Origin: an uncultured Alphaproteobacteria bacterium
GTDB lineage: Bacteria; Pseudomonadota; Alphaproteobacteria; Rhodobacterales; Rhodobacteraceae
NCBI GenBank assembly: GCA_963697935.1
Contig: OY969107.1
Location: 2,542,415 to 2,606,414 of the forward strand
Direction: 5' to 3'
DNA: 64,000 nt
Under the pieces are notes generated by a model that did no database searches, was not told where the DNA came from, and was given only the letters and a program-made list of their open reading frames with translations. This document shows, one piece after another, positions 44,556 through 56,212 of this stretch (the stretch's first letter is position 1; every line of letters starts with the position of its first letter). Made by a program: the position numbers and the translations under genes.

Positions 44556-45525
44556 ATGCGTCTGCGTCTTGTTCCCGATAACACCAAGATCAACTTCTTC
44601 GCGGCGGCCAAGATCACGTTCGGCGGCTCGGTGGTGCTGTTGATCCTTTCGGTCGTGCTGTTCTTTGCCGAGGGGCTGAACTACGGCATCGACTTCCGCG
44701 GCGGCACGACGATCCGGGCCGAGACCTCGCAGGTGGTGGATGTGGGCGTCTATCGCGGCGCGATCTCGCCGCTCGATCTGGGCGATGTGGCGATCACCCA
44801 GGTGTTCGACCCGACCTTCGCCGCCGACCAGCACGTCACCTCGATCCGCATCCAGGCGCAGAGCGGCGACGAGGCGATCTCGACCGCCGATGATCGACAC
44901 GGTCGAGGCCGCGCTGCAGGCGGTCGATCCGGCGGTCAAGTTTACCCAGGTGGAAAGCGTCGGACCGAAGGTTTCGGGCGAGCTGATCCTGACGGCGATC
45001 CTGGCGGTCACCGGAGCGGTCGGGGCCATCATGGTCTATATCTGGCTGCGCTTCGAATGGCAGTTTGCCCTGGGCGCCGTGGTGGCGCTGGTGCATGACG
45101 TCGGGCTGACCATCGGTCTGTGGGCGCTGTTCCAGCTGAAGTTCGACCTGACGACCATCGCGGCGCTGCTGACCATCGTCGGCTACTCGATCAACGACAC
45201 CGTGGTCGTGTTTGACCGGGCGCGCGAAAACCTGATCAAATACAAGGTGATGCCGCTGATCGACGTGCTGAACCTGTCGGCCAACGAAACGCTGAGCCGC
45301 ACGGTGATGACCTCGGGCACCACGCTGATCTCGCTGATCGCGCTGCTGGTGCTGGGCGGCGACGTGATCCGGGGCTTTGTCTTTGCCATCACCTGGGGCA
45401 TCGTGGTCGGGACCTATTCCTCGATCTATATCGCCAAGAACGTCGTGCTCATGCTGGGCGTCAAGCGGGACTGGACCAAGACCAAGAAGCCCCAATCGGG
45501 CAAGTTTGCCGATATCGATGCCTGA
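44556..45525 (+). CDS. secF: protein translocase subunit SecF, one apparent frameshift near 44885
   Basis: LNYGIDFRGGTTIR..., then GPKVSGELILTAILAVTGAVGAIMVYIWLRFEWQFALGAVVALVHDV...VGYSINDTVVVFDRARENL. Confidence 0.92.
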
Positions 45526-45526
45526 A

Positions 45527-45587
45527 CCGGGTTTCGGAGCCGAAACCCGGTGCCTCCGGCGGAGGTATTTGCCGCCAAAATGAAGGG
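45527..45587 (+). repeat. intergenic repeat copy: hairpin (ccgggtttcgg / ccgaaacccgg) plus box variant GGTATTTGCCGCCAAAATGAAGGG
   Basis: Same architecture as the copies at 2435-2495 and 41045-41098. It starts right after the secF stop. Confidence 0.65.
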
Positions 45588-45592
45588 AAGCC

Positions 45593-45946
45593 ATGCGCCT
45601 GAACGAGGTCACATATGGCACCGGGCTGCCGGTTGACGGCTACGGACCCGGCTTCTTCAGAATCGGCGGCGAGGTGGTGCGCGGCAATTGCCTGATCCTG
45701 CCGGGCGGGGTCCGGCCCTGGGGCGGGCTGGAGGATGCCGCGGGGCTGCTTGCCGCCGCTTGCGCCATCGACATCGTCTTCGTCGGGACCGGCGCCGAGA
45801 TCTGCCACTTGCCGGGCGCGTTCCGGCAGGCGCTGGAAGCGGCGGGGGTCGGGGTCGAGGCCATGGCCTCGCCGGTGGCCTGCCGGACCTACAACATCCT
45901 GTTGTCCGAGGGGCGGCGCGTCGGGCTGGCGGCGTTGGCGCTGTGA
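45593..45946 (+). CDS. Mth938-like (DUF498, NDUFAF3-like) domain protein
   Basis: 117-aa intact ORF reading [27 protein letters not shown]...[52 protein letters not shown]. Confidence 0.65.
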   Translation: MRLNEVTYGTGLPVDGYGPGFFRIGGEVVRGNCLILPGGVRPWGGLEDAAGLLAAACAIDIVFVGTGAEICHLPGAFRQALEAAGVGVEAMASPVACRTYNILLSEGRRVGLAALAL

Positions 45947-46567
45947 GCGCGCGGCTGGGCGTCGCCGGGCTGGCGGTCGAGCGCGGCGGGCTGGCGGTGC
46001 TGGAGGGCGTGAGTTTTGGCGTCCCGGCCGGGCGGGCGCTGATCCTGCGCGGGCCGAACGGGGTTGGCAAGACCACGCTGTTGCGGATGCTGGCCGGGTT
46101 GCAGAAGCCGCTGGCGGGCCGGGTCGAGGCGGCGCCGGACGACATCGCCTATGCCAGCCATGCCGACGGCATCAAGGCGACGCTGAGCGTGGCCGAGAAC
46201 CTGCAGTTCTGGGCCGGCATCCATGGCACCGGGGTGCCGGACGGCGTTTATGACACTTTTCGATCTGGCGGATCTGCGCGGGCGCGAGGCCGGCACGCTG
46301 TCCTCGGGGCAGAAGCGGCGGCTGGGGCTGGCGCGGCTGGCGGTGATCGACCGGCCGATCTGGCTGCTCGACGAGCCGACGGTCTCGCTCGACCGGCAGT
46401 CGGTGACGCGGTTTGCGGAGTTTCTGACGCAGCACCATCTGGCGCGCGGCGGCATTGCGGTGATTGCCACCCATATCGATCTGGGGATCGAGGCCGAAAC
46501 CCTCGACCTGACGGCGTTTCGCGCCCGGCGCGCGGGGGCGGATGGCAGCGACGGGGCCTTCCTGTGA
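45943..46567 (+). CDS. ccmA: haem exporter ATP-binding protein CcmA, one apparent frameshift
   Basis: GTG start overlaps the previous stop. Walker A ([19 protein letters not shown]). [32 protein letters not shown]. It lies upstream of ccmB. Confidence 0.88.
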
Positions 46568-47220
46568 GGGCGCTGGTGATCCGTGACCTGAAGCTTGCCG
46601 TGCGCGCCGGTGGCGGGTTTGGGCTGGCGCTGGCGTTCTTCCTGATCGTGGTGGTGCTGGTGCCCTTCGGGGTCGGTCCCGAGCGCGAGGTGCTGGCCCG
46701 GATCGCGCCGGGGATCTTGTGGGTGGCGGCGCTGCTGGCGGCGCTGTTGTCGCTGGACCGGATGTTCGCGCTCGATCACGAGGACGGGTCGCTGACCCTG
46801 CTGGCCACCGGACCGCTGCCGCTGGAAGCGGTGGCGCTGGGCAAGGCGCTGGTGCATTGGGTCACCACCGGGCTGCCGCTGGTGGTGATCGCGCCGCTGC
46901 TGGGCATCCTGCTGAACCTGCCCGGCCCGGCGGTGCTGCCGCTGCTGGTGTCGCTGGCGGTTGGCACGCCGGCGCTGTCGATGATCGGGACCTTTGGTGC
47001 GGCCCTGACCGTGGGGCTGAAGCGGGGCGGGCTTCTGATGTCGCTGCTGGTCCTGCCGCTTTATGTGCCGACGCTGGTCTTCGGCGCCGAGGTGGTGCGG
47101 CGCGGCGGCGAGGGGCTGGGCGTGGCGGTGCCGCTGGCGATGCTGGGAGGCATCACCCTGGGCGCCTTCGCGCTGCTGCCCTTTGCCACCGCGGCGGCTT
47201 TGCGGGTCAATTTGCGCTAG
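46564..47220 (+). CDS. ccmB: haem exporter permease CcmB
   Basis: [36 protein letters not shown]...[19 protein letters not shown]...[14 protein letters not shown]. The frame is intact and the GTG overlaps the ccmA stop. Confidence 0.9.
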   Translation: MRALVIRDLKLAVRAGGGFGLALAFFLIVVVLVPFGVGPEREVLARIAPGILWVAALLAALLSLDRMFALDHEDGSLTLLATGPLPLEAVALGKALVHWVTTGLPLVVIAPLLGILLNLPGPAVLPLLVSLAVGTPALSMIGTFGAALTVGLKRGGLLMSLLVLPLYVPTLVFGAEVVRRGGEGLGVAVPLAMLGGITLGAFALLPFATAAALRVNLR

Positions 47221-47259
47221 GCGATTGAGCCGGCCCACGGCAAAGGATAGAGACGGCAC

Positions 47260-47989
47260 ATGTCGATCTGGGAATATGCCAATCCGAAGAAGTTCATGGC
47301 GACGACCGCTCCGGCCGTGCCGTGGCTCTTCGCGCTGGGGATCGGGGCCATCGTGGTGGCGCTGGTCTGGGGCTTTTTCTTCACGCCCGACGATTACCGG
47401 CAGGGTGCGACGGTCAAGATCATCTATCTGCACGTGCCCTCGGCGATGATGGCGATCAATGCCTGGCTGATGATGCTGGTGGCCTCGCTGATCTGGCTGG
47501 TGCGGCGGCACCATGTCTCGGCGCTGGCGGCCAAGGCGGCAGCACCGGTGGGCATCACCATGACGCTGATCGCGCTGATGACCGGCGCGATCTGGGGCCA
47601 GCCGATGTGGGGCACCTGGTGGGTCTGGGATCCGCGGCTGACCTCGTTCCTGATCCTGTTCCTGTTCTATCTGGGCTATGTGGCGCTCTGGTCGGCGATC
47701 GAGGATCCCGATACCGCCGCCGATCTGACCAGCGTCCTGTGCATCGTCGGATCGGTCTTTGCGGTGCTGAGCCGCTATGCGGTCAACTTCTGGAACGCAG
47801 GGGTTGCATCAGGGGGCGTCGCTCAGTCTCGATGCCAAGGAAAACGTGGCGGACGTGTTCTACCAGCCCTTGCTGCTCGCCATCGCCGGGTTCGTCCTGC
47901 TGTTTCTGGCGCTGGTCCTGTTGCGCACCCGGACCGAGATCCGCTGGCGGCGGGTGCGCGCGCTTGATCTGCGGGCGCGGAGGGATTGA
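47260..47989 (+). CDS. ccmC: haem exporter protein CcmC, one apparent frameshift near 47800
   Basis: KIIYLHVPSAMMAINAW. The WGxxWxWDPRL tryptophan-rich motif is present (IWGQPMWGTWWVWDPRLTS). Confidence 0.92.
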
Positions 47990-48135
47990 TGCCTGACCTG
48001 GGAAATTACGCGGCCGAAGTGCTGGGCGCCTACGCGGTGACGCTGGCGCTGCTGGCCGGGATCGTGGCGCTCAGCTGGCTGCAGGCGCGCCGGTCGCGTG
48101 CGGCGCTGGCAGAGGCGGAGGCCCGCAATGGCTAG
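47989..48135 (+). CDS. ccmD: haem exporter protein CcmD
   Basis: 48-codon ORF MPDLGNYAAEVLGAYAVTLALLAGIVALSWLQARRSRAALAEAEARNG. The ATG overlaps the ccmC stop. The call rests on its position between ccmC and ccmG. Confidence 0.75.
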   Translation: MPDLGNYAAEVLGAYAVTLALLAGIVALSWLQARRSRAALAEAEARNG

Positions 48136-48664
48136 GCTGTCGCCGCTGATCCTGCTGCCGCCGGTAGCTTTCGCGGCGATTGCCGGGTTGCTGATGAGCG
48201 GGCTCTATATGGGCGATCCCGGCAATCTGCCCTCGGCGCTGATCGGCAAGGAGGCGCCGCCGGTGCCGGTCGCGGCGCTTGATGGCCGCACCTTGCTCAC
48301 CGATGCCGATCTGCGCAGCGGCGAGGTGACTTTGGTCAACTTCTGGGCCTCGTGGTGTCCGCCCTGCCGGGCCGAGCATCCGGTTCTGACCGATCTGGCC
48401 GCGCAGGGCTACCGCGTGGCCGGGATCAACTTTCGCGATACCACCGATCAGGCCAATGGCTATCTCGATGACGTGGGCGACCCGTTCTTCGCGCTGGGCT
48501 TTGACCCGCAGGGCCGCACCGCGATCGATTGGGGCGTGACGGCGGCGCCCGAAACCTTCATCGTCGATGGCGACGGCACGATCCTGTTTCGCTTTGCCGG
48601 CCCATTGATGGGCACCGACTACGAGGAGAGGTTCCTGCCCGCCCTGGCAGAGGCGACCCAGTAA
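48128..48664 (+). CDS. ccmG: thiol:disulfide oxidoreductase CcmG/DsbE (HelX)
   Basis: TM anchor followed by a thioredoxin fold with FWASWCPPCRAEHP and GVTAAPETFIVDGDG. The ORF is intact. Confidence 0.9.
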   Translation: MARLSPLILLPPVAFAAIAGLLMSGLYMGDPGNLPSALIGKEAPPVPVAALDGRTLLTDADLRSGEVTLVNFWASWCPPCRAEHPVLTDLAAQGYRVAGINFRDTTDQANGYLDDVGDPFFALGFDPQGRTAIDWGVTAAPETFIVDGDGTILFRFAGPLMGTDYEERFLPALAEATQ

Positions 48665-48686
48665 CACAGACCGACAGGACCGCACC

Positions 48687-50060
48687 TTGCCCAGCACCGC
48701 CGCATTCAAGAGCTACGACATTCGCGGGCGGCTTGGCGTGGATCTGGACGAGTCCATCGCCTACCTCACCGGGCGCGGCTTCGCGCGGGTGTTCCGGCCG
48801 GGGCTGGTCGTCACCGGGCGCGATATCCGCGCCTCGGGCCCGGGATTGCAGGCGGCGCTGATCCGGGGGCTGCGCGACGAGGGCGCGGATGTGATCGACA
48901 TCGGGCTTTGCGGCACCGAGGAGGTCTATTTCGCGACCGACCACTACGCCGCAGGCGGGGGCCTGATGGTGACCGCCTCGCATAACCCGATCGATTACAA
49001 CGGCATCAAGCTGGTGCGCGAGGGCTCGCGCCCGATCTCGGCCGAGACCGGGCTGAACGCGATCCGCGATCTGGTGGCGGCCGACGATTTCGGGCCGGTT
49101 GAGGCGCAGGGCCGGCTGCAACGGCTTGATCCGCGCACGGACTACATCGCCCGGGTGATGAGCTTTCTGGACCCTGCCGGGCTGCGGCCGCTCAGGATTC
49201 TGGTCAATTCCGGCAATGGCGCCGCCGGCCCGACCTTCGATGCGCTGGCCGGGGCGCTGGAGCGGGCGGGCGTGCCCTTCCGCTTCGAGCGCATGTTTCA
49301 CCAGCCCGATGCCGGCTTTCCCAACGGCATCCCCAACCCGCTCCTGCCAGAGAATCAACCGGCGACGGTTGCGGCCGTGCGCGCGGCAAGTGCCGATATC
49401 GGGGTGGCCTGGGACGGGGATTTCGACCGCTGCTTTTTCTTTGACGAGGCGGGCGGCTTTGTTGATGGCGAATATGTGGTGGGGCTGCTGGCGGCGGCCT
49501 TTGTCGCCAAGGAGCGCGGGGCGCGGATCGTGCATGACCCGCGCGTGATGTGGAGCACCGTGGATCAGGTCCGGCGCGGCGGCGGCGAACCGGTGGTGTC
49601 ACGCACCGGGCACGCGCTGATCAAGGCGCGGATGCGCGAGGTCGATGCGGTCTATGGCGGCGAGATGTCGGCGCATCACTACTTCCGCAACTTCATGTAT
49701 TGCGACAGCGGCATGATCCCGTTCCTGCTGGTGGCCGAACTGGTCAGCCGCGCGGGCAAACCACTGTCGGCGCTGGTGGTCGAGATGCGCGCGGCCTTCC
49801 CTTCGTCGGGCGAGGTCAACTTCACTTTGGGCGATGTCGGCGGGGCGGTCGCGGCCTTTGAGGCGGCCTATCTGCCGCAGGCCCGCGCGGTTGACCGGCT
49901 CGATGGCATCAGCCTTGATATGGGGGACTGGCGGGTCAACCTGCGCCGCTCCAACACCGAGCCGGTGCTGCGGCTGAATGTCGAGGGCCGCGGCGACGCG
50001 GCGCTGGTGGCCGGGAAGGTGGCAGAAATCTCGCAGTTGTTGCGGAAGGCGGGAACATGA
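48687..50060 (+). CDS. phosphomannomutase/phosphoglucomutase (alpha-D-phosphohexomutase family)
   Basis: FKSYDIRG, the active-site loop TASHNPIDYNGIKL, the metal loop GVAWDGDFDRCFFFD and GGEMSAHHYF. The ORF is intact with a TTG start. Confidence 0.88.
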   Translation: MPSTAAFKSYDIRGRLGVDLDESIAYLTGRGFARVFRPGLVVTGRDIRASGPGLQAALIRGLRDEGADVIDIGLCGTEEVYFATDHYAAGGGLMVTASHNPIDYNGIKLVREGSRPISAETGLNAIRDLVAADDFGPVEAQGRLQRLDPRTDYIARVMSFLDPAGLRPLRILVNSGNGAAGPTFDALAGALERAGVPFRFERMFHQPDAGFPNGIPNPLLPENQPATVAAVRAASADIGVAWDGDFDRCFFFDEAGGFVDGEYVVGLLAAAFVAKERGARIVHDPRVMWSTVDQVRRGGGEPVVSRTGHALIKARMREVDAVYGGEMSAHHYFRNFMYCDSGMIPFLLVAELVSRAGKPLSALVVEMRAAFPSSGEVNFTLGDVGGAVAAFEAAYLPQARAVDRLDGISLDMGDWRVNLRRSNTEPVLRLNVEGRGDAALVAGKVAEISQLLRKAGT

Positions 50061-50413
50061 CCAAGGCAGATGTGGACCGCTGGATGGCGGCCTATGACAA
50101 CCCGCAAAAGCCGGTGGTTCAGGCGGTGCGCGAGGCCATTCTGGCGGCCGACCCGCGGGTGGGCGAGTGCATCAAGTGGCAGGCGCCGACCTTCGCCTAC
50201 AAGGGCAACATCGCCAGCTTCTTTCCCAAGGCCAAGAAGCACGCGACGCTGATGTTTCACAAGGGCGCGACCATCAAGGGCGAGTTCCCCAATCTGACCG
50301 GCGACGGGGCCGAGGCGCGCAGCATGAGCTTTGCCAGTCTCGACGATCTGGCGGCCAAGCGCGCCGAACTGACATCTCTCGTCCGCGCCTGGTGTAATCA
50401 GCGCGACGCCTGA
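50057..50413 (+). CDS. DUF1801 (YdhG-like) domain protein
   Basis: 118-aa intact ORF reading [48 protein letters not shown]. The ATG overlaps the upstream stop. Confidence 0.55.
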   Translation: MTKADVDRWMAAYDNPQKPVVQAVREAILAADPRVGECIKWQAPTFAYKGNIASFFPKAKKHATLMFHKGATIKGEFPNLTGDGAEARSMSFASLDDLAAKRAELTSLVRAWCNQRDA

Positions 50414-50420
50414 GGCAAAG

Positions 50421-50443
50421 GCCGCGCCCGGATGGGGCGCGGC
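50421..50443. terminator. GC hairpin between convergent DUF1801 gene and acnA
   Basis: gccgcgccc-ggatg-gggcgcggc is a perfect 9-bp stem. Confidence 0.5.
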
Positions 50444-50461
50444 GTCAATGATTTCAGTGGC

Positions 50462-53168
<2,707 letters not shown>

Positions 53169-53260
53169 GGGGGCATCCTTTCGGTCGGAATGGCTGTGGT
53201 TGCGGCGCTTTTGCCCCAGCAATCGTGGCGAGGCAAGGGGCTGATCGGGTTTTGTATACC

Positions 53261-53272
53261 ATTGTGCACAAT
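53261..53272. promoter_or_regulatory. perfect 12-bp palindrome ATTGTGCACAAT in the acnA / DUF1223 divergent promoter region (candidate operator)
   Basis: It lies in the most AT-rich part of the 253-bp spacer, about 93 nt upstream of the acnA ATG. The cognate factor is unknown. Confidence 0.3.
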
Positions 53273-53421
53273 TATTTCCAAGCCGTTACTTTTGCCCCGA
53301 CCCGCAGGCCGGTGAGTGCTGCCTGTCACCTTTTTGCGAGATTTCGGTAAATCGCAGATCGTTGATTGGTAGGGTCGCGCAGAACGGGCTATGGCTCGTC
53401 GAGAAAATCGAAAGACATGCC

Positions 53422-54141
53422 ATGCCGATGAAAGAGGTCGCCCTGAAACTGATCGCGCCGGTGCTGCTGTGCCTGCCGCTGCAGCTTGCGGCGCAGGATC
53501 AGGCGGCGCGCAGCCCCGTGGTGGTCGAACTGTTCACCTCGCAGGGCTGTTCGTCCTGCCCGCCGGCGGACGATCTGCTGCGGCAACTGGCGACCCGCGA
53601 GGACGTGATCGCGCTGGCGCTGCATGTGGATTACTGGGACTATATCGGCTGGGAAGACACGTTCGCGCAGCCCGGCTTTACCGCGCGCCAGCACCGTTAT
53701 GCGATGCAGGCCGCCGAAAGCTCGGTCTATACCCCCCAGATCATTATCGGCGGTGTCGATGCCGTGGTCGGCGCCAAGCCGATGCAGGTCATGGATCTGA
53801 TCGCGGCGCATGGCCGGATGGACAGCGGCATCGATGTGAGCCTGACCGAAGTGCCCGGCGGCTACGTGATCGAGGCCCGCTCGCGGCTGACGCTGGAAAC
53901 CCCGGTGGTGGTGCAGCTGGTCCGGTATCTGCCGCTCGAATTGGTCGAGATCACGCGGGGCGAGAATGCCGGGCGCCGGATCGACTATGCCAATATCGTG
54001 ACCTCATGGCAGGCCCTGGCCACATGGGATGGCAGCAGCCCGCTGCATATCGAGGCGGCGGCGGAAACCGGCGGGCCGGCCGCGGTCATCGTGCAGGTGG
54101 ACGGGCCGGGCGCCATTCTGGCCGCCGCCGCCCTGCCTTAG
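53422..54141 (+). CDS. DUF1223 domain protein (secreted thioredoxin-like)
   Basis: Signal peptide followed by VVVELFTSQGCSSCPPADDLLRQL...IALALHVDYWDYIGWEDTFAQPGFTARQHRY...VYTPQIIIGG. The ORF is intact. Confidence 0.75.
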   Translation: MPMKEVALKLIAPVLLCLPLQLAAQDQAARSPVVVELFTSQGCSSCPPADDLLRQLATREDVIALALHVDYWDYIGWEDTFAQPGFTARQHRYAMQAAESSVYTPQIIIGGVDAVVGAKPMQVMDLIAAHGRMDSGIDVSLTEVPGGYVIEARSRLTLETPVVVQLVRYLPLELVEITRGENAGRRIDYANIVTSWQALATWDGSSPLHIEAAAETGGPAAVIVQVDGPGAILAAAALP

Positions 54142-55040
54142 GCCGGTTTGGGCGCCTTCCAGCGCCGATGCACCCAGAACCATTGCTCGGGATGGGCGTG
54201 GACCTGCGCCTCCAGGCGCCGGGTGGCCTCGGTCATCATCGTGACCGGGTCGGTGGCGGCGATCGGGGCCTCGAACACCAGATCGAGCGTCAGGCCATCG
54301 GGCTGGCGAATGGCAAAGCAGGGCACGATCAGCGCATCGTAGCGCAGGGCCATTTCGGCGGGCGACAGCGAGGTCATCGCCGGATGCCCAAGATAGGGCA
54401 GGGCCGTGCCGTCGCTGGTATGCACGTCAAACATGATGCCGCAGGCGCCGCCGCTGCGCAGCTGCCTGACGAAACCACGGCTGCCGCCGGTGCCCTTGGG
54501 CAGGTTGGGGCCGGTCGCGTAGTCCAGCAGCTGCACGTAGCGCCGGTTGAACCTTTCGCTGCTCATGGGGCGATAGACCGAGGCCAGCGGGATCCCGGCC
54601 AGTGCGATGGCCTGCCGCGGGGCGAGGTGGCTGCCGAAATGGCAGGCGAGAAAGATCACCGGCCGCCCGGAGGCCAGCGCCGCCTGCGCCAGAGCCAGAC
54701 CGGGGCCGCGGATCGGGGCGGCGGCGACATGGGCGGCGAAGTCGGGGCCGGAAAAGGATTCCGCCAGGCTGCGGCCGAAATTGTCGCAGCAGGCTCGGGC
54801 GATCTGGCGCCGCTGGTGGGCCGGCATGTCGGGCCAGACCATCGCCAGGTTGGTTTCGGCGCGGCGGCGATAGCCGGCAACGGGGCCGAGCACATGGGCC
54901 ATGACCCAGCCGGCAAAGACCACGCGGCGCCGATAGGGCAGGCGCAGCAGGATTGCCAGCAGCACCAGCCCGACACGGCCACCGATCCGGTTGGCGAGGC
55001 TTTCCGGTTGCCCGGCGTCCTGCTTGGTATCGTCCGACAT
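54138..55040 (-). CDS. lipid A biosynthesis (LpxL/HtrB-type) lysophospholipid acyltransferase family protein
   Basis: N-terminal TM segment. ETNLAMVWPDMPAHQRRQIARACCDNFGR, an H-box-like RPVIFLACHFGSH and the tail EAQVHAHPEQWFWVHRRWK. The ORF is intact. Confidence 0.6.
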   Translation of the reverse strand: MSDDTKQDAGQPESLANRIGGRVGLVLLAILLRLPYRRRVVFAGWVMAHVLGPVAGYRRRAETNLAMVWPDMPAHQRRQIARACCDNFGRSLAESFSGPDFAAHVAAAPIRGPGLALAQAALASGRPVIFLACHFGSHLAPRQAIALAGIPLASVYRPMSSERFNRRYVQLLDYATGPNLPKGTGGSRGFVRQLRSGGACGIMFDVHTSDGTALPYLGHPAMTSLSPAEMALRYDALIVPCFAIRQPDGLTLDLVFEAPIAATDPVTMMTEATRRLEAQVHAHPEQWFWVHRRWKAPKPA

Positions 55041-55114
55041 GCGCCCTTCTGCGACCCGGAAGGGGCCGACTTGCAGCAATAGGGCGGCGCCGCGCCCGGT
55101 TCAAGCTCTGGCGG

Positions 55115-56158
55115 TCAGTCGGGCTCCTCCGTGTCGATCAGGCGGATATCGCCGGCATCGGCCTTTTCGCGGATGGCGGTGACGATGGCCATCAGCGCCG
55201 CCTCGCCCTCGGCCGGGCGGATCTTGCCCTTCTCGGCGATATCCTCGCGCAACTGCTCGGCCAGGCGTTGCGAGATGTTGGCCAGGATGAACTCGGCAGC
55301 CACAGCCGCCCCCTCGCCCTGCGCAAGCGCAAAGGCCAGACCGGCCAGCATCTGGGCCGGCTCGACCGAGCGGATCGCCTTGGACATCTCTGCCGGCGTG
55401 ACCCGCGCCGGAATGTCGGCGAAGGTGAAGATCGCCTTGCGCACTTCCTGGGCGAATTCCGGGGCCTCCTGACCCAGTCCGGCCAGCACGGCATCGCGGG
55501 TTTGCGCCAGGCTGGAGTTGAGGATGGCCCCGACCCGCTGCACCGGCGGCGCGGCAAAGGCCAGCTCGGGCCGGTCGCAATGATCCTCGGCCAGCGCGCG
55601 ACCGATGCGCGCCACGGTTTCGGGCTGGATGGCGGCGGTGAGCGAGACGGCCAGCGTGATCTGCCGCGCCCGGTCGCCGCTCATGCGGCCCAGAAGATCG
55701 GCCGCCATCGCCACCGGCAGCTTTGACAGCAGCACCGCCGCCACCTCGACCGCCTCGCTTTCCAGAATCGAGACCAGGTCCACCGGCGGCAGGGCGCGCA
55801 GCCGGTCCCAGGGGTCGGAGGCGATGCGCGACGAGATGTCGGCCCGCAGGCGGGCCTGCGCCGCCGGGCTGATCTGCGCCCCGATCGCGTTGACCGCCGC
55901 CTCGGTGCCGCCGCCGGGGCTGAGGGCCAATGCCTCCAGCTGATCGGCAAATTCGCGGACCACGCTGTCCAGCGTCTGCCGGTCGACCAGGCTGAGCGCG
56001 CCCAGTTCCAGCGTCAGCGCGACCTGCACCGGCTCCGGCAGTTCGGCCAGCGGCAGCTCGCGCCCCTCGTTGATGAGGTATTGCAGGATCACGGCGGCCT
56101 TGCGGCGCCTGCTGATGGTCGTGGCCTGCGCGGCGGTTCGGGACAGGGTCTGGGTCAT
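55115..56158 (-). CDS. fliG: flagellar motor switch protein FliG
   Basis: RKAAVILQYLINEG (N-domain); PPVDLVSILESEAVEVAAVLLSKLP (middle domain); EFAQEVRKAIFTFADI; C-terminal torque-helix region ILANISQRLAEQLREDIAEKGKIRPAEGEAALMAIVTAIREKADAGDIRL. The ORF is intact. Confidence 0.85.
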   Translation of the reverse strand: MTQTLSRTAAQATTISRRRKAAVILQYLINEGRELPLAELPEPVQVALTLELGALSLVDRQTLDSVVREFADQLEALALSPGGGTEAAVNAIGAQISPAAQARLRADISSRIASDPWDRLRALPPVDLVSILESEAVEVAAVLLSKLPVAMAADLLGRMSGDRARQITLAVSLTAAIQPETVARIGRALAEDHCDRPELAFAAPPVQRVGAILNSSLAQTRDAVLAGLGQEAPEFAQEVRKAIFTFADIPARVTPAEMSKAIRSVEPAQMLAGLAFALAQGEGAAVAAEFILANISQRLAEQLREDIAEKGKIRPAEGEAALMAIVTAIREKADAGDIRLIDTEEPD

Positions 56159-56212
56159 GGGGGCATTGTGGTGGACATGCCGCCATTTCACCCCATCGGC
56201 ATGAAGGATTGG

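Noticed and set aside
56159-56212. Possibility that the missing HTH of the 173-aa LuxR-like protein is an assembly-frameshift artefact
   Set aside because: Only 21 nt separate the stop from the start of the longest fliG ORF, and 54 nt separate it from the fliG ATG I prefer. About 45 more codons would be needed for a GerE domain. The FliG N-terminus that follows is typical FliG sequence in its own frame. A larger deletion in the assembly cannot be excluded without other data.
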